A DNA stretch of 64,000 nt from Felis catus (GCF_018350175.1 NC_058368.1:218676001-218740000); one strand, 5' to 3'. Numbered from the stretch's first letter, positions 13,565-25,840 are shown. A program made the numbers and translations. Notes: generated by a model from the sequence alone, not told the origin.

Positions 13565-14790
13565 TATATTTTTATTAAGGTAACATCTGTGTAACAAAAT
13601 TAACCATTAATCATTTTAAAGTGTACAATTCAGCATCACTCATTACACTCACAGTGTGGATATAATGTGGATGTGGGACCATCACCCCTATCTAGATCCA
13701 AGATATTTTCATGACTCGAAAAAGTTCTGAAAGCAGGCAAGTTCCCGCTCATAAGAATTCCTGTTCTCACATGGGAGCCCATGTAATTCATAATCCTTAA
13801 AAATGATATCAGATTCTCTATAGTTTATATTTCTTCTTTGATCATCTTTGGTAAGATAATTATTTGGTGGGATTTATCAGTTTCACAGAAACTGTAAACT
13901 AATGTTTATAATATCTACTTGTTACCTATTGACATCTGTGAGGTATGAGGTGGTACGATTATTTTAATACTAATATTGGTAACTTTTATTTTCTTTATAT
14001 TTTTCTTATCATCTTATAGATTTATTTATAAATTTTTTTCAATTGACTACTTTCAGCTTAGTTGATTTTTTTTTTGTACGTTTTTTTCTCTTTCATTGTT
14101 TCCCGCTCTACATTTGATTATTTTCTTTTTTCCTTACATTTGATTTCCTTATTATTTCTCTAGCATCTTGAAATGGAAGATTTAGTCACTGATTTTCTTC
14201 CTATAATCTTCTCTAGTATATGCATTCAAAGCTATTAATTTCCCTCTAACTGATGCTATAACTATATCCTGCAAAAGATTATATGCCATGACTTCTTATT
14301 ATTTTGTTCAAACATTTCTTAAATGTTTATCTTGATTTACTATTAATTCATTAATTATTTAGTAATGTATACTCTTTTCCTCTTGCAAGTGGTTGTTTTC
14401 TAGTTATCTATTTGTTGCTAATGTTTAGATTCAATTCATTAAAGTCAGGAAACACAAATGATTTTAGTATTTTGAAATTGTTAGTCATTTGCTTTATGGC
14501 CTAGCATATGGTCTATTTGATAGTTAGTGGATGCATATGTGAAACGAATGCGGCTATTGTAATTTTGCGTAGTGTTCTGTAAGTGTGAATTCAGTCAAAT
14601 TTGGTAATTTTTGTGCAGATATTGTATATCTTCATTGATTTTTTGGTTAATTCTATCAGCTACTGACGAAAATACATGAAAGTTCCCCACTAGAGTTACG
14701 GGGTGTCTAATTTGTTTTTCGTTTTTCTCCATAATTTTTTCATATATTTTGAAATTACATTATTGGGCACATTCAGAATGATTATGTATA
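13565..14790 (-). mobile_element. Ancient L1 fragments (3' end piece plus ORF2 N-terminal region)
   Basis: ttttaaagtgtacaattcag L1M 3'-end motif; aaagctattaatttccctctaa and ttatggcctagcatatggtctat ORF2-antisense motifs. Confidence 0.65.
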
Positions 14791-14799
14791 TGATTATAA

Positions 14800-15430
14800 A
14801 GATGCAAACAATAAAGATTTTAGAGGGACTGTAGAAAGACATCTCCATGATACTGGGGTAGGATAGTTAAAAAAAAAAAAAGTTCTGATAAGCACTGACT
14901 ATAACACACAAAAAAATGGGCTATACTAAAATTAAGAACATCTCTCCCTCAAATAATACAATGAAGATAGTATAAAGACAAATGTACCGAATTAGGAGAA
15001 GGTAGTGGAGGAACTTACATGTGATTCTGTGTAGGCAACAAATGAATAAGAAAAAGATGGATGGCCCAACAGAAAAAAAAAATCATCAATACAAAACAAA
15101 AAAAAATACTTCACGTAAGATATTCAAATGGGCAGAAACATATGAAAAGATATTCAGCTTCACCAGTCATCAATACAATGTTATAAATTTACATAGACAC
15201 AAATGACTAAAAGGAAAATGACTGACGCTTTCAAGTACTGACAGGGATATGGAAATACAATAACTATTATACATGGCGAGTGAGAGTGTAAATTTGAATT
15301 TACTCTGAAAACCTCTATGAGATTATTTCCTAAAACTGAATTTATGCATACACTATGGCTCTGTAAGTGGTTTATAGAAGACATTGTTAATAACAGCATA
15401 TGAGCTAGAATGTTCACAGCTACACTATTC
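14800..15430 (+). mobile_element. Ancient L1 ORF2 C-terminal/3' region; continues at ~17165-17400
   Basis: aaaattaagaacatct, catatgaaaagatattca, gaatgttcacagc motifs. Confidence 0.65.
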
Positions 15431-15488
15431 AAACAGTTCCCCTCACACACACACACAGAATCCCCAAACACCCACAAACAAAACCTAA

Positions 15489-15521
<33 letters not shown>

Positions 15522-15605
15522 CATATATATATATACACATATATATATATATGTATATATATATGTGTATATATATATATACACATATATATATACATAC
15601 ATATA

Positions 15606-15661
<56 letters not shown>
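15489..15661. repeat. Long compound (TA)n microsatellite with TG/CA interruptions
   Basis: Direct; ~170 bp. Confidence 0.97.
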
Positions 15662-15664
<3 letters not shown>

Positions 15665-15665
<1 letters not shown>

Positions 15666-17158
15666 GGGGAGGTGAAGAAAGTTGCCAGCAAAATAGTAAG
15701 TCACACGGAAATTTCTAGTGCTTCTCCATCCCAGAAACATCAATTTGAACAACTTAACCTGTGCGAGAAAACACCTTCACAAGCGCCAGGTGAGGGATTA
15801 CAGCCCGTGAGGGAAACGCAGAAATAAAAGACGCATCCAAGGGGGTAGGAGAGAGACTCCATCCCCCCCCCCCACCCCTCCGCCAAGCCCAGGCAGGCAA
15901 GGCCAGCCGAGAGAGACACCCTCTCCGTGGGAGTCGGTGAAGGGGGCACCCAACCTCACAGGGGACCCCAGACTCAGCCCGCACGGGGCAGCAGGTGCAC
16001 TCTGCGGCCCTGGCACTCGCCAGCTCCCGCGTCACCTGACGCCTGGGGGGCTCCTCCACAGCCAGGCCTCAGCTCTGCCTGGCGCCCCCAGCTCCCGCGG
16101 CCCCACGCAGCTCCTGGGGCACCAGGCTCCCGGCGACCCCGCGAACGCTGCCCGCGACCCACCTCAGCGCCTGCCAACTCCCGTGGCCACAGCTACACCA
16201 GGCTCCTGGGCCCTGGGCTCCTGGGAGCCCAGGCTTCCGCTTCGCGTCAGTGCGGGCCGGCTCCCACAGCCTTGGGGGGCTCCCCCAAGCCCCCAGTCAG
16301 CCCTTGCAGACCCCGCTCCCGGGGAGCCCCTCCGCTGAAGCCAGGCTCCCCGCCGGCCGAGGGTCCCGGGCGGACCACTGCGGACCCAAGCTTTCAACTC
16401 ACCAGAGCACCTGCTGCTGGCCAGGCTCCTGACCCGGTCAGCGCCAGACCAACTCTCTCGCGCTCGGCCCTGGCGCCGCGGTTGGCTCTCACAGCCTCAG
16501 GCTTCCACGGGCTCCAAAGTCAGACCTCAGGTCCAGGCCAAAGTCGAGGGCCCAGGAGACAGGCGGACTCCCACAGGGCCCGGTTCTGGGCTTGCCTGCG
16601 CCAAGCTGGCTGCGGAGGCCCAGCAGCCCCGGGGCCTCCAGTGAAGCTCCTGCAAAGCCGTGTTCCCACCTGACCTGCTATCGACCCGACGCGGCCCGGA
16701 AGGTTCCAGATCCCAGGCCCACCCCAGCCGTCCCCGCCACCTGCTTGGCCTCTCCCGGTGGACCCAGGATCCAGGCCCGCTCGTGGACGTACTGCTAAAT
16801 GTAAGTTATAGTCAACTTCTGACTACTCCAATATTGTAATATAGCAGTGCGTTAATCACTTAACTCGAATGTATGGGTTTAGAGGACAGAAGTATTAAAA
16901 ATAACTGTAGCTACGACAATTTGCTGATACATCCTTATAAAAAGGTAAAATATGACTTCGGAAAGATGAAATATGTTTAGAGGAGTCAAAGGGTATCGTT
17001 TTTGCATGTGGTGGAAGTGATAGTGTTATCAGTTTTCAATAGTCTGTTATTTGTATAAGATAATTAATGTAGGACTCTCAATAACTGCAGAGCACAAAGC
17101 TACAGGAGGCACACAAAAGATAAAGGGAGAGGAATCAAAGCATACCCCTGTGGAAATT
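15665..17158 (+). mobile_element. Ancient L1 (L1M2/L1MA-like) 5'UTR joined to inter-ORF sequence; ORF1 absent
   Basis: cagaaacatcaatttgaacaac...aaaacaccttcacaag...aaaagacgcat resembles the L1M-type 5'UTR; repeated ccaggctcc monomers; 16810-17158 resembles the L1M inter-ORF region (aagtattaaaaataact...cacaaaagataaag...aggaatcaaagcatac). Confidence 0.7.
15780..16795. promoter_or_regulatory. CpG island / strong GC peak
   Basis: Abrupt very GC-rich, CpG-dense block in an otherwise AT-rich, CpG-depleted window; promoter function not shown. Confidence 0.8.
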
Positions 17159-18445
17159 TTGCAAAAGTAAAAAGGCATATGAATGTTTATGGCATCATTG
17201 TTTAGAACAATGAATCACTGAACATAGGAAAATGGATTGTCTCTGTAATGCAATGTCATAATTAAGAATAATATTATTGTTATAAATCTGTTTTATATAA
17301 AGCCAAAAACATAATTTTGAGTGGCAAAAGCACACTGCATAATTACATGTTTATATATCACACATGAAAATATAAAAATCCATAATACCAAGTTATTTTT
17401 AGAATTTTATGTGTCTATATATACACACATTGTATGCACAGTACATTTAAAATTAAATATTTAACTTTTTAAAATAGTAAAACTGCATTTATCAAAATTA
17501 ACCACTTCGATAAGAGAAGGGAAGGAAAGCAATCGGTACAGATTAAATTTGACTTAATTTCTTCTGTAAAGTTTCACTTTCTGTGTAGAAAACATAATTA
17601 ACTCAAATAAAAACTTGAAGCGCCCATGACTCTCATTTATGGGTACACAAGTGATTGTAGTTTATTTCTGTGGCCAGAGACTAGTATTAGGAGATTTACA
17701 TACTAGTTCTTGTTCTGTCAATGAAAAGTTTATGAACAGGGAAAGTACTTACTTACGCTTTGTGGTAAATTTCCTCATGTGTAAAATGATGGACTTGATT
17801 TATATAATAAACAGGACCCTTTCCTACTATATCTATACCTTTTTACCATTCTACTATAAACGTAAGTCCGAAATAGGTTATGAGGCCCATCAGATGAATG
17901 TATATAATGCCACTAAATCTCACATTCATTACATAGCTCTTTTCCTTGTTATTCACATAGCCAGCAACTATGCATTTAAAACCTTATTTTAAATTATGTT
18001 GTAGCTCCGAATAGAGAAAATCAGTGATGTTGTTTTAGTGCAAAAATGCATCCATATTTTATTATGCAGCAATAATCAATTATATCATGCCCTTCCATCT
18101 GCAAAAATTTGCTCCCATAGTGTCTCCTAATCCAAGACTGTCTGTCATTTTAGAGCAAACAAAATATAAAATTTATATGCTACATAAATACATTATAGTC
18201 TTAGCTTTATATTTTGCTGTGCATGGGATCTGTACTGAGTTTGAGAAAGTAAAAAGAGCACTATAGATTTTCTTTCTCTGAGGAAAGATTTATATACCTG
18301 TTGTAAACTCAAGCTGGTTTAGCATCTTATATAATAATATAGAGAAAAAAAATCTTTATATTGTGCAAGAGTACTAAGCTTTTTTTGTGTGAAATATCAC
18401 AGAGACATTCATCAAGGGTAAGATTGTAAATTGATTTTATTACTT

Positions 18446-18851
18446 TGTATGATATTTAAATTTATGTGTCAACTTGGTTATGCCATTGTACCCAGATACA
18501 GGTCAAAAGATATTTTAGATGTTTCTCTGAGAATGTTTTTGGTTGAGATTAACATTTATATTGGTAGACTGTGAGTAAAGCAGATTATCCTACATAATGT
18601 GGATGGGTCTCATCCAATCAATTGCAGGCTTGAACTGAACAAAAACTAGCCTCCCCTTAGCAAGAGGGAATTCTGCTGCAAACAGCCTTTCAACTTGACC
18701 TGCGTCTCCAGGCTGCCAGCCCACCCTGCAGATTTTGGACATGCCAACCTCCATAACTGCACGAGCTAATTCCTAACATCAATCTCTTTCTGTATATACA
18801 AGTCCTTTTGGTTCTTTGTTCTGATTTCCTGGAGAAGCCTGACTTAAAACA
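18446..18851 (+). mobile_element. MLT2 (MLT2C/D-like) solo LTR
   Basis: ttatgtgtcaacttgg start, gagtaaagcagatt, ctcatccaatca, ctgcagattttggac, TG...CA ends. Confidence 0.9.
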
Positions 18852-19679
18852 CATCTTACTAAAACCTATATCTAAACTTGTTTTTCAAAGCATTGTTACA
18901 TAATGATGAAAATTGTGATACGTTGACTTATAAAGAAAATTTCTTAAAGACATGAAGATTCTCTATATTATTGAAAATACAAGTTTTGATACTTTGATCT
19001 CCATTAGTCATGCTCAGTAGTTGCTTTGTCTCTTCCCCTGAGTTCCTATGGTAGATATCAAAACATGAGCAGGGGAGCAACCTCTAGAACATCAGAATGA
19101 AGAGCGTAATGGGGTTCCCTGACATAAGCCTGCCAGTCCCTTGCATAGACTGGTGTCAGGCATAAGCAACGCCATCTGGCAGTTTAATTCTTGTCTTGGA
19201 ACACTTGCTCTCCACAGGGAATGGCAGTGAGCATACTAAGAGTCTAACATTATCGAACAAAGTGCCTTGATACCCAGAGTGCTCTCAGACTTGCCTAACC
19301 TTGAAGCACACCTTGGCTTTTGCAGTACTAGCTGTGTCTTTCATGGTGAGTGTAGTGCTTGAAGAAATGGACATCTTTTTAGAGGCAAAGCCACCAAGAG
19401 TAACTATGTTACCCTGGCACTTCAGTTATTGTCTCTAAAGATGGAGTATCCTATAGATTATGATCATTCCTCTTCCTTCCTTTCTTCTTTTGAGTGTATT
19501 ACTGATAAATTTCTGTCTAGTTAATGCATACATACATACTCCATCTAAAATATTTTAAGTATTTACATATATCTACAGATACATGCATGAGTATTTCTCT
19601 AATGTAGATCTAAAAAAGTGGAATATGTGTGTTGAAAGAAATATAATAGCAGACACTGCTTTCTAAACTATTGCTTTCC

Positions 19680-19904
19680 GGGGCTCTTGGGTGGCTCAGT
19701 CGTTGAGCATCCAACTTCAGCTCAGGTCATGATCTCACAGTCCGTGAGTTCGAGCCCCGTGTCGGGCTCTGTGCTGACAGCTCAGAGCCTGAAGCCCACT
19801 TTGGATTCTGTGTCTCCCTCTCTCTCTGCCCCTTCCCTGCTCATGCTCTGTCTCCCTCTGTCTCTCAAAAATGAATAAGCATTAAATAAAAATAAAAATA
19901 AACA
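19680..19904 (+). mobile_element. CAN-SINE inside an old L1 remnant
   Basis: Perfect TSD taaactattgctttcc at 19664-19679 and 19905-19920. Confidence 0.97.
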
Positions 19905-20329
19905 TAAACTATTGCTTTCCAAAGAGGCTATACCAGTTTACATTCATATTGACTATGTATAAAATTCCTATTTTTCCCATACTCTAGTGAGCATTGGATT
20001 TTTAACAACTACTTAAGTGTGTATCCAACTGGTGGGTAAACTCTGCTTCCACATACCTTGGTTGTTTTTTGTTTTTGTTTTGTTTTTTAATTCCATTCAC
20101 CAGATAATATAATATTCCCCACTGATTTGGAAAGGCAAATGAATTAATTTGGAAAAGCCACAAGTCTTATCACTTGCAAATTGTTATTCTTTGACAAATA
20201 ACATACTTTCCTTTCAATTACCATTTCTCTCTCCCCCCCGATATATATGTATATATAATTTTATATGATAAATCATATATAAATATGATTTTATATTTCA
20301 TTGGATATTATCATTAAAAATTTCAATAT

Positions 20330-21500
20330 CTCCTATTCTCATGGAGCTTACATTATAATAAAGGAGCCAGACAATGAATATGCAATATATCAGAGAGGAA
20401 TAAGGACTAGGAGAAAGGATAGAGCATAAACAGAGTAAGTTTTGATAGGTGTGGGGTGCTAGTGTGTAATGCTATATCAGAAAGGGTCCTCAGGGCAGTT
20501 CAGTTAGTTCAGCAGCTGACTCTTGATTTTGGCTCAGGTCATCATGTTCTCACAGTTCATGAGGTTGAGCCCTGGGTCTGTGCTGACAGTGAGGAGTCTG
20601 CTTGGGATTCTCTGTCTCTTTCTGCCCCTCCCTGCCCATGATCTCTCTCTCTCTCTCTCTTTCTCTCCCCCCCCCCATATCTCTCTCAAATAAATAAATA
20701 AACATTAAAAAAAGTGTGTTTAGTGGAGGCCTCCATGATATGATGGGATTTCAAGAGAGACCTAAAGGAAGCAAATGTGATCCTGATGTAGAATCCTAGA
20801 GCTATCAGGCAGAAGGGATTCCAGCTGAATTTAGAGCATGTGGAAAGGTCCTAAGGTAAGAGAGTGTTTGATACATTTGAGCAACAGCAAAATACAGAAG
20901 GATAAAAAATCAGAAACTATGCAGAAATAGAGGGAAGTGGGATATGATAAAAAAACAAAAACTTTTTGGGGGGTTTACATTTTCTTCATTTTAAAGTAAG
21001 AGTGCATCCTGTGTGTCACTAAAATGACCTAATAGAATCAACATAGAGAGTTTATGGAAAAGAGGGCCATTTTCTGGGATACTACTTGAACAAGTGATAA
21101 GGGATGGGACTGAGTGCAAAAATGGACGTTTGTCTTAGCAGAGAGCACAGATAGTCCCTCTGTGCTAACAGGAGAGAATGCTGACTCTTCCCGAGGTGTA
21201 GTAATATATTAATTTGTGCAGACATAGGACCATTCTCCTTGGATTGATTCTGTAATCTCAGTGAAAAGAGAAGCAAAGGTACCAGCTAACAGTAAGGAAG
21301 GGAGAGTATTGGGGATTTAAAGACATATGTAAGGCTATTAAAGAATGATTTAGTTAGGAGAGTGAATAAATTGGTAGACAAAGGGAATGTAGTAAAGTTG
21401 CACTGAGGGCCAGTGGGTTATTGATCAGTATTTAAAATAAGAGTAGTCAGAATGATTTTGTGTTTTTCTCCCAGACTCTAATATCTGGGCAAGGAGAGAG
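20330..21500 (-). mobile_element. L2 remnant
   Basis: ctcatggagcttaca, ggaggcctc...gagacctaaagga, agcatgtggaaaggtcctaaggt L2-antisense motifs. Confidence 0.6.
20484..20713 (+). mobile_element. Older CAN-SINE
   Basis: gactcttgattttggctcaggtcat, (CT)n, aaataaataaa tail. Confidence 0.9.
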
Positions 21501-21605
21501 TTAGATTAATAAAAGCTTTTTGCTTAATTGTTCTGAGTGTCACCATTTTTAAAAATATAATTTGAGAATTTGAAACAGACCTTAAACGTTATCTTTCTGT
21601 TACTT

Positions 21606-22229
21606 CTACATTTTTTCCCTGATGGCACTGTATTTTCTAAGGATTTTTTTAAGCATTCCCTTTCAGACGCGGTCTTTTGCCTGTCCCAGTAACTTGCAAA
21701 ATCTCTGGTTTTTCTCAGATTTGTTTGCACCTCTGAACAGCAGTTCTTCCAGTTCTTCAACGAAGCCTTTGTTATCATTTCAAAACCAATTGGCTCTAAA
21801 ACTAGAGGTTGTAAAAATCTTATGACACATATATACAAGAACCAAACATCCTTCACTGTCTTGGACAGGTTCCCACATGTAATGAGTTACATTTATTTCT
21901 CAAGGGTGAGCAATATCACCTTACTTCAAATTTTTCAATCAGGTGAAATTGCTCTGCACTCCAGCTTGAATGACTGGAAAATGCAATCGTAGATTGACAA
22001 ACTTACCCTCTCTGGTGTCACAAAACTACTGGAGGTTGGCGTCAAAGAAAATGGTAGTGACTTCTCTTCCTTGTGATTCATTGTGATATGAAACATTTAT
22101 TCCTTCTGCTGAATACGACAATGCCAAGCAATGATTGTCCAGCACGGATCTTGGCAAACTCAGGTGACTCTCACACTGAGTTGTTCAACTCCTTGTAGAA
22201 TTCTTCAGTGATCCCCTTGCTGCTGTCAT
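21606..22229 (-). pseudogene. Possible decayed coding sequence of unknown origin
   Basis: 208-codon ATG-to-TAG frame with 7 internal stops (5 TGA, 1 TAG, 1 TAA); more CpG and GC than flanks; no repeat or protein recognised. Confidence 0.3.
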
Positions 22230-22847
22230 GCTATTCCCATCCTTTGTAAATCTCACCTGTATGTCACAAGTTGAAGTCGAACCACAGATGGGATGTAGGT
22301 TTTGTGTTTTCTGAAGTTTATTTATTTAGAGGAGTTCATCAAAATAAGAAAATATAACTAATGTTAGACATTGTTGAAAGCTGCTAACTACCACAGTCAT
22401 CATAAATTAAGAATAGTAGCCTAATATTTATATTAGTTAGCTATTCAACACACTTGTAGAATAATGCTTGACAACATACTCTTTGATACTGTCTTCATAT
22501 ACAAACACAATTTTAGTCTATTTTCTATAGTTAGAATTGGATGTTACTCAAGGTGTTCTAGCAGGATTGATTAATTTGTTTTCATTATGGCTAATTAAGG
22601 AAACTATTTCCTTTTTGCTTCATTATTGGTTAGATTTTAAGATGATATTCTATAGCTTGGAAAATACTGTATATACATAATGTCAAACTTAAAATAGCCA
22701 GTTTTTTAACCACCAGAAATGAGATCCTCCTTTTAATAGAGGAAAGGAGGAAGTTGGGAGGGGTTGAGAGGACAATGAGAGTTCAGGGGTATGGTGGCTT
22801 CTGGCTGGTTGAGTTGTGGCAGTTTCTCATTGGCTGGATTGTTGACC

Positions 22848-23345
22848 TGTAACAAAGTATAAGCTACTTTTGCTCCACCCATGTTGGCCCAGTAAATGGA
22901 GAGAAAAGATGTTGGGGTAAAGAAAGCAATTGTACTCAAAAAGCCAGCAAATCCAGAAGATGAAGGACCACTGCCCCAAAGAATGATCTCCCATAGCATG
23001 AGATTTGGGCCACTTTTTATGTCAGGAAGAGGGAGAAGCAGGAGGGGGCTGAGTCAGAGTTGACTGACGTCTGTAGACCTCTAAGGAAGGTTGTGTAACT
23101 TCTTTTGCCTTGGTCAGTTGATCTTTGCCTACAGGGATCTGATCATGTCATTCCTCTTAAACAGCAAATAGTCAATTCTGTATGTACTTTCTTACCTCCT
23201 TAGGTGAGGTTGCTTTTAGGTAAAAAGCAATTTTCAGATCTTAGCTATAATCTGCCTATGTGCAGGGCTAAGCAGAAGTTTCTAAGCTGTGGATCACAGC
23301 AGCAAAGGAAACAGAACAATATGGCGTCCGACATGCTCTGATACA
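22848..23345 (-). mobile_element. ERV1-type carnivore solo LTR nested in another LTR fragment (~22735-22847 and ~23346-23460)
   Basis: TG...CA ends (tgtaac...gataca), atggcg (YY1-like) motif near the minus-strand start; flanks carry cattggctg CCAAT boxes and join into one LTR-like sequence. Confidence 0.6.
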
Positions 23346-23744
23346 GCCAGAGGAGGAGAAAATCTTCCTTCTTCCTGTTGCAGTATGTAAAGAAAGCTGT
23401 GATGTGTGATAAATGAGTGAGAGCCTTCTCTTCATTTCTTCCTGACTCCCTTTTGAATTACGTTTCCTTTATTCATTTTCATTGCAACATGCTATATCAC
23501 AGACAGATCTAACATTTTACAGTAGTGATACAGTTTTGTGCCTTACAAACACAGGTATTGTTTTTGTTTTTAGTCAAGCAATTCATATTGTAGAATAATA
23601 TATATCTATATATAGATATGTGGGCGTTTAAAAGTTTATAATTTTGTATCTTGAATCATCAATGTATTCCTGTCAAGAGAAATATTCCTTTTTCACTAGG
23701 CAAAAATGAAAACCATGTAATTTCTTTAAAAGTTTGCACATTTA

Positions 23745-23957
23745 GGGGCGTCTGGGTGGATCAGTTGGGTAAGTGTCTGACTCTTGGTTTTGGCATAGGT
23801 CATGATGTCACAGTTTGTGAATTCAAGCCCCATGTTGGGCTCCACACTGACCGTCTGGAGCCTACTTGGTATTCTCTCTCTCTCCCTCGCTCTCTGCCCC
23901 TCCCTGCCCATGGATGCTTGCTCACTCTCTCAAAATAAATAAATAAACTTTTTAAAA
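23745..23957 (+). mobile_element. Older CAN-SINE
   Basis: ggggcgtctgggtgg head, tail, diverged TSD. Confidence 0.92.
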
Positions 23958-25679
23958 AGTCTGTGTATTTAATAATTTTTTATAGATTAAAGTCAATTCA
24001 AACACTGAATATCCCCTCTTTTATTCTGTTAACCACATATTTTCAATGCTTAGTGCCATGGAATACATATTTTGACGTTAGCTTGAGTCAGGTTTGGTCC
24101 TTTTATGACTCTAGGTGATTTATGAGACTAGATGTTAGAATTCCACAAGACTATTACTTCATGGGAGAGATAAGAAAGGCATAACTATAGATGGAGATGA
24201 TTCTGATCCACTAAATATATTCCACTAAACCCCTAATAAATGTGTCTCTAACTTAACCTCCTCTTATCAGTTACCAAAAATTGTAGGTGGCATGTTGTGC
24301 TTCCAGACACAATGGGAAGTATGATGGAGGGGAGTGATAGTGGAAAGAGGCAAAGGTTTTAACCAAATATAGTTAATACACCTTATATTTTTTAAAACAA
24401 TAATAACAGCAAGAAATTTAAAAAAATATGTAGTAGTCCAGGTTCTCCAAAAAGAAGCTAAGCTTCTTGTCTACACAATTTTCTTGGCTGAATTGATTTA
24501 ATTTTGTCTCCTAAAAATTTTATTCCTTTGTGTTTTCATGCCTCTCTATCTTATAATTTCATGGCCACCTAAACCTATACAAAGAATTTACATCTTATCA
24601 AGATTATTTTTTGAGGCTAAATAGAATCACAATAAAATGATATTTTTCTCCTTTAAATGTCATTTTTATCACTCATTTTTCAATAATTATTTACTTTTTT
24701 AAACTTTATTTCCTGTGAGTCCCTTTTTTAATATAATCTTTGGAAGTGTAGGAGCCATTTTCTTAACACGATTTCACACCTAAAGATACAAAATTCCTAC
24801 TATTAATCCCAAGTCCCTCATAAAAGCTAGCTATATAGTACTTTCTGGTTGTCAACCAAATCATTCTCTTCATCTTTCTTTATGTATTTTATTGGTTTAA
24901 TTAAAATATATATTTAAGTTCTTGTATTTATTCTGCAGCAATAAAGACAAATATAATGCTATAAATATATAAAAAAAGAATATGGAAAAAAGTATTTGGG
25001 ACACAGAACAGATATAATATATAAAATAAACTGTTGTGGCTGTTTGTAGTCAACACTACTAAGTTTAATTTTATTATCACTTTTACTAGGAGTGTTATGT
25101 ACAGCAATTAAATTGACTTAAATTGACTGACTTAGGCAGTATAGGTATCAATATCTCTAAGGCTACATTTATTACAATATACAATGGAAATAATATGTAT
25201 TTCATAGGATGATTTTTAGAATTAAAAGGAGGCTCACTTTCCAAGTTACAATACAACTTCTTAGTAAACATTACATTTCACTTTAAGCCTTTGTGAAAAT
25301 CATGTAATTTTCATTTTACATGGATAATCAGATAATATTTTCTTTAAAGATATAAAACTGATGCAGAAATTTTCATACTAGGGCTGCTTAATCTGTTAAA
25401 ACACAGAAGCATAAGATCCACATTCAGTTCATGAACGCTGTATATGCCATTCATTCATGGATGGCACAAACACCAGAATAAAAAAAAAAAATCTACTTTG
25501 AAAGTTGTTAAGAGAGAAATTTATGAAGAAAAAAGGCTCTAAGACAAAGATTGGACAAATAATCATTTCTCAGAATAATATACTGGTCTCATTCTTTGGG
25601 ATTTTAAATTGGGCATAAAATAAAATAAAATAACCAAAAATAAGCCTATTTGTATCTTATGTTAAAAATTTGGTTTACA

Positions 25680-25840
25680 CCAGTACCTAATTTTATTACT
25701 TTGAATGGATTATTTAACTTGCTCAATCTCAGTTTCCTCATTTCTGAAAGGTTGAAAGTAATCTTAACTACACCTGGTGTAGATATATACTAAAAGGATT
25801 TGTGAAAAGACTATAGTGCATTTAAACTATTGAATAAAGG
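25680..25840. mobile_element. MIR fragment
   Basis: ttatttaac...tctcagtttcctcattt. Confidence 0.55.

Larger units (their letters stand above)
22290..24490 (+). mobile_element. hAT-Tip100 DNA transposon remnant (Zaphod/MER91-like), interrupted
   Basis: Left end aggttttgtg...ctgaagttta; right end ggaagtatgatggagggg...gtggaaagag...ttaacc and gaagctaagcttc resemble recalled Zaphod termini. Confidence 0.5.

Noticed and set aside
13800..15430. Twin-priming 5' inversion of an old L1
   Set aside because: The two oppositely oriented pieces appear to come from distant parts of ORF2, and no shared TSD is visible
15181..15752. YI-repeat ORFs, and likewise the F/S/L/ER ORF at 50750-51169
   Set aside because: Microsatellite translations
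15927..16673. 248-aa ORF and overlapping ORFs in the GC island
   Set aside because: Non-ATG start, Pro/Ala/Arg/Gly low complexity, and open frames on both strands, as expected from GC content in an L1 5'UTR
17639..17992. 117-aa ORF, and similar AT-rich ORFs such as 27780-28106
   Set aside because: No recognisable domain or splice context; overlaps MIR-like or AT-rich sequence; chance ORFs
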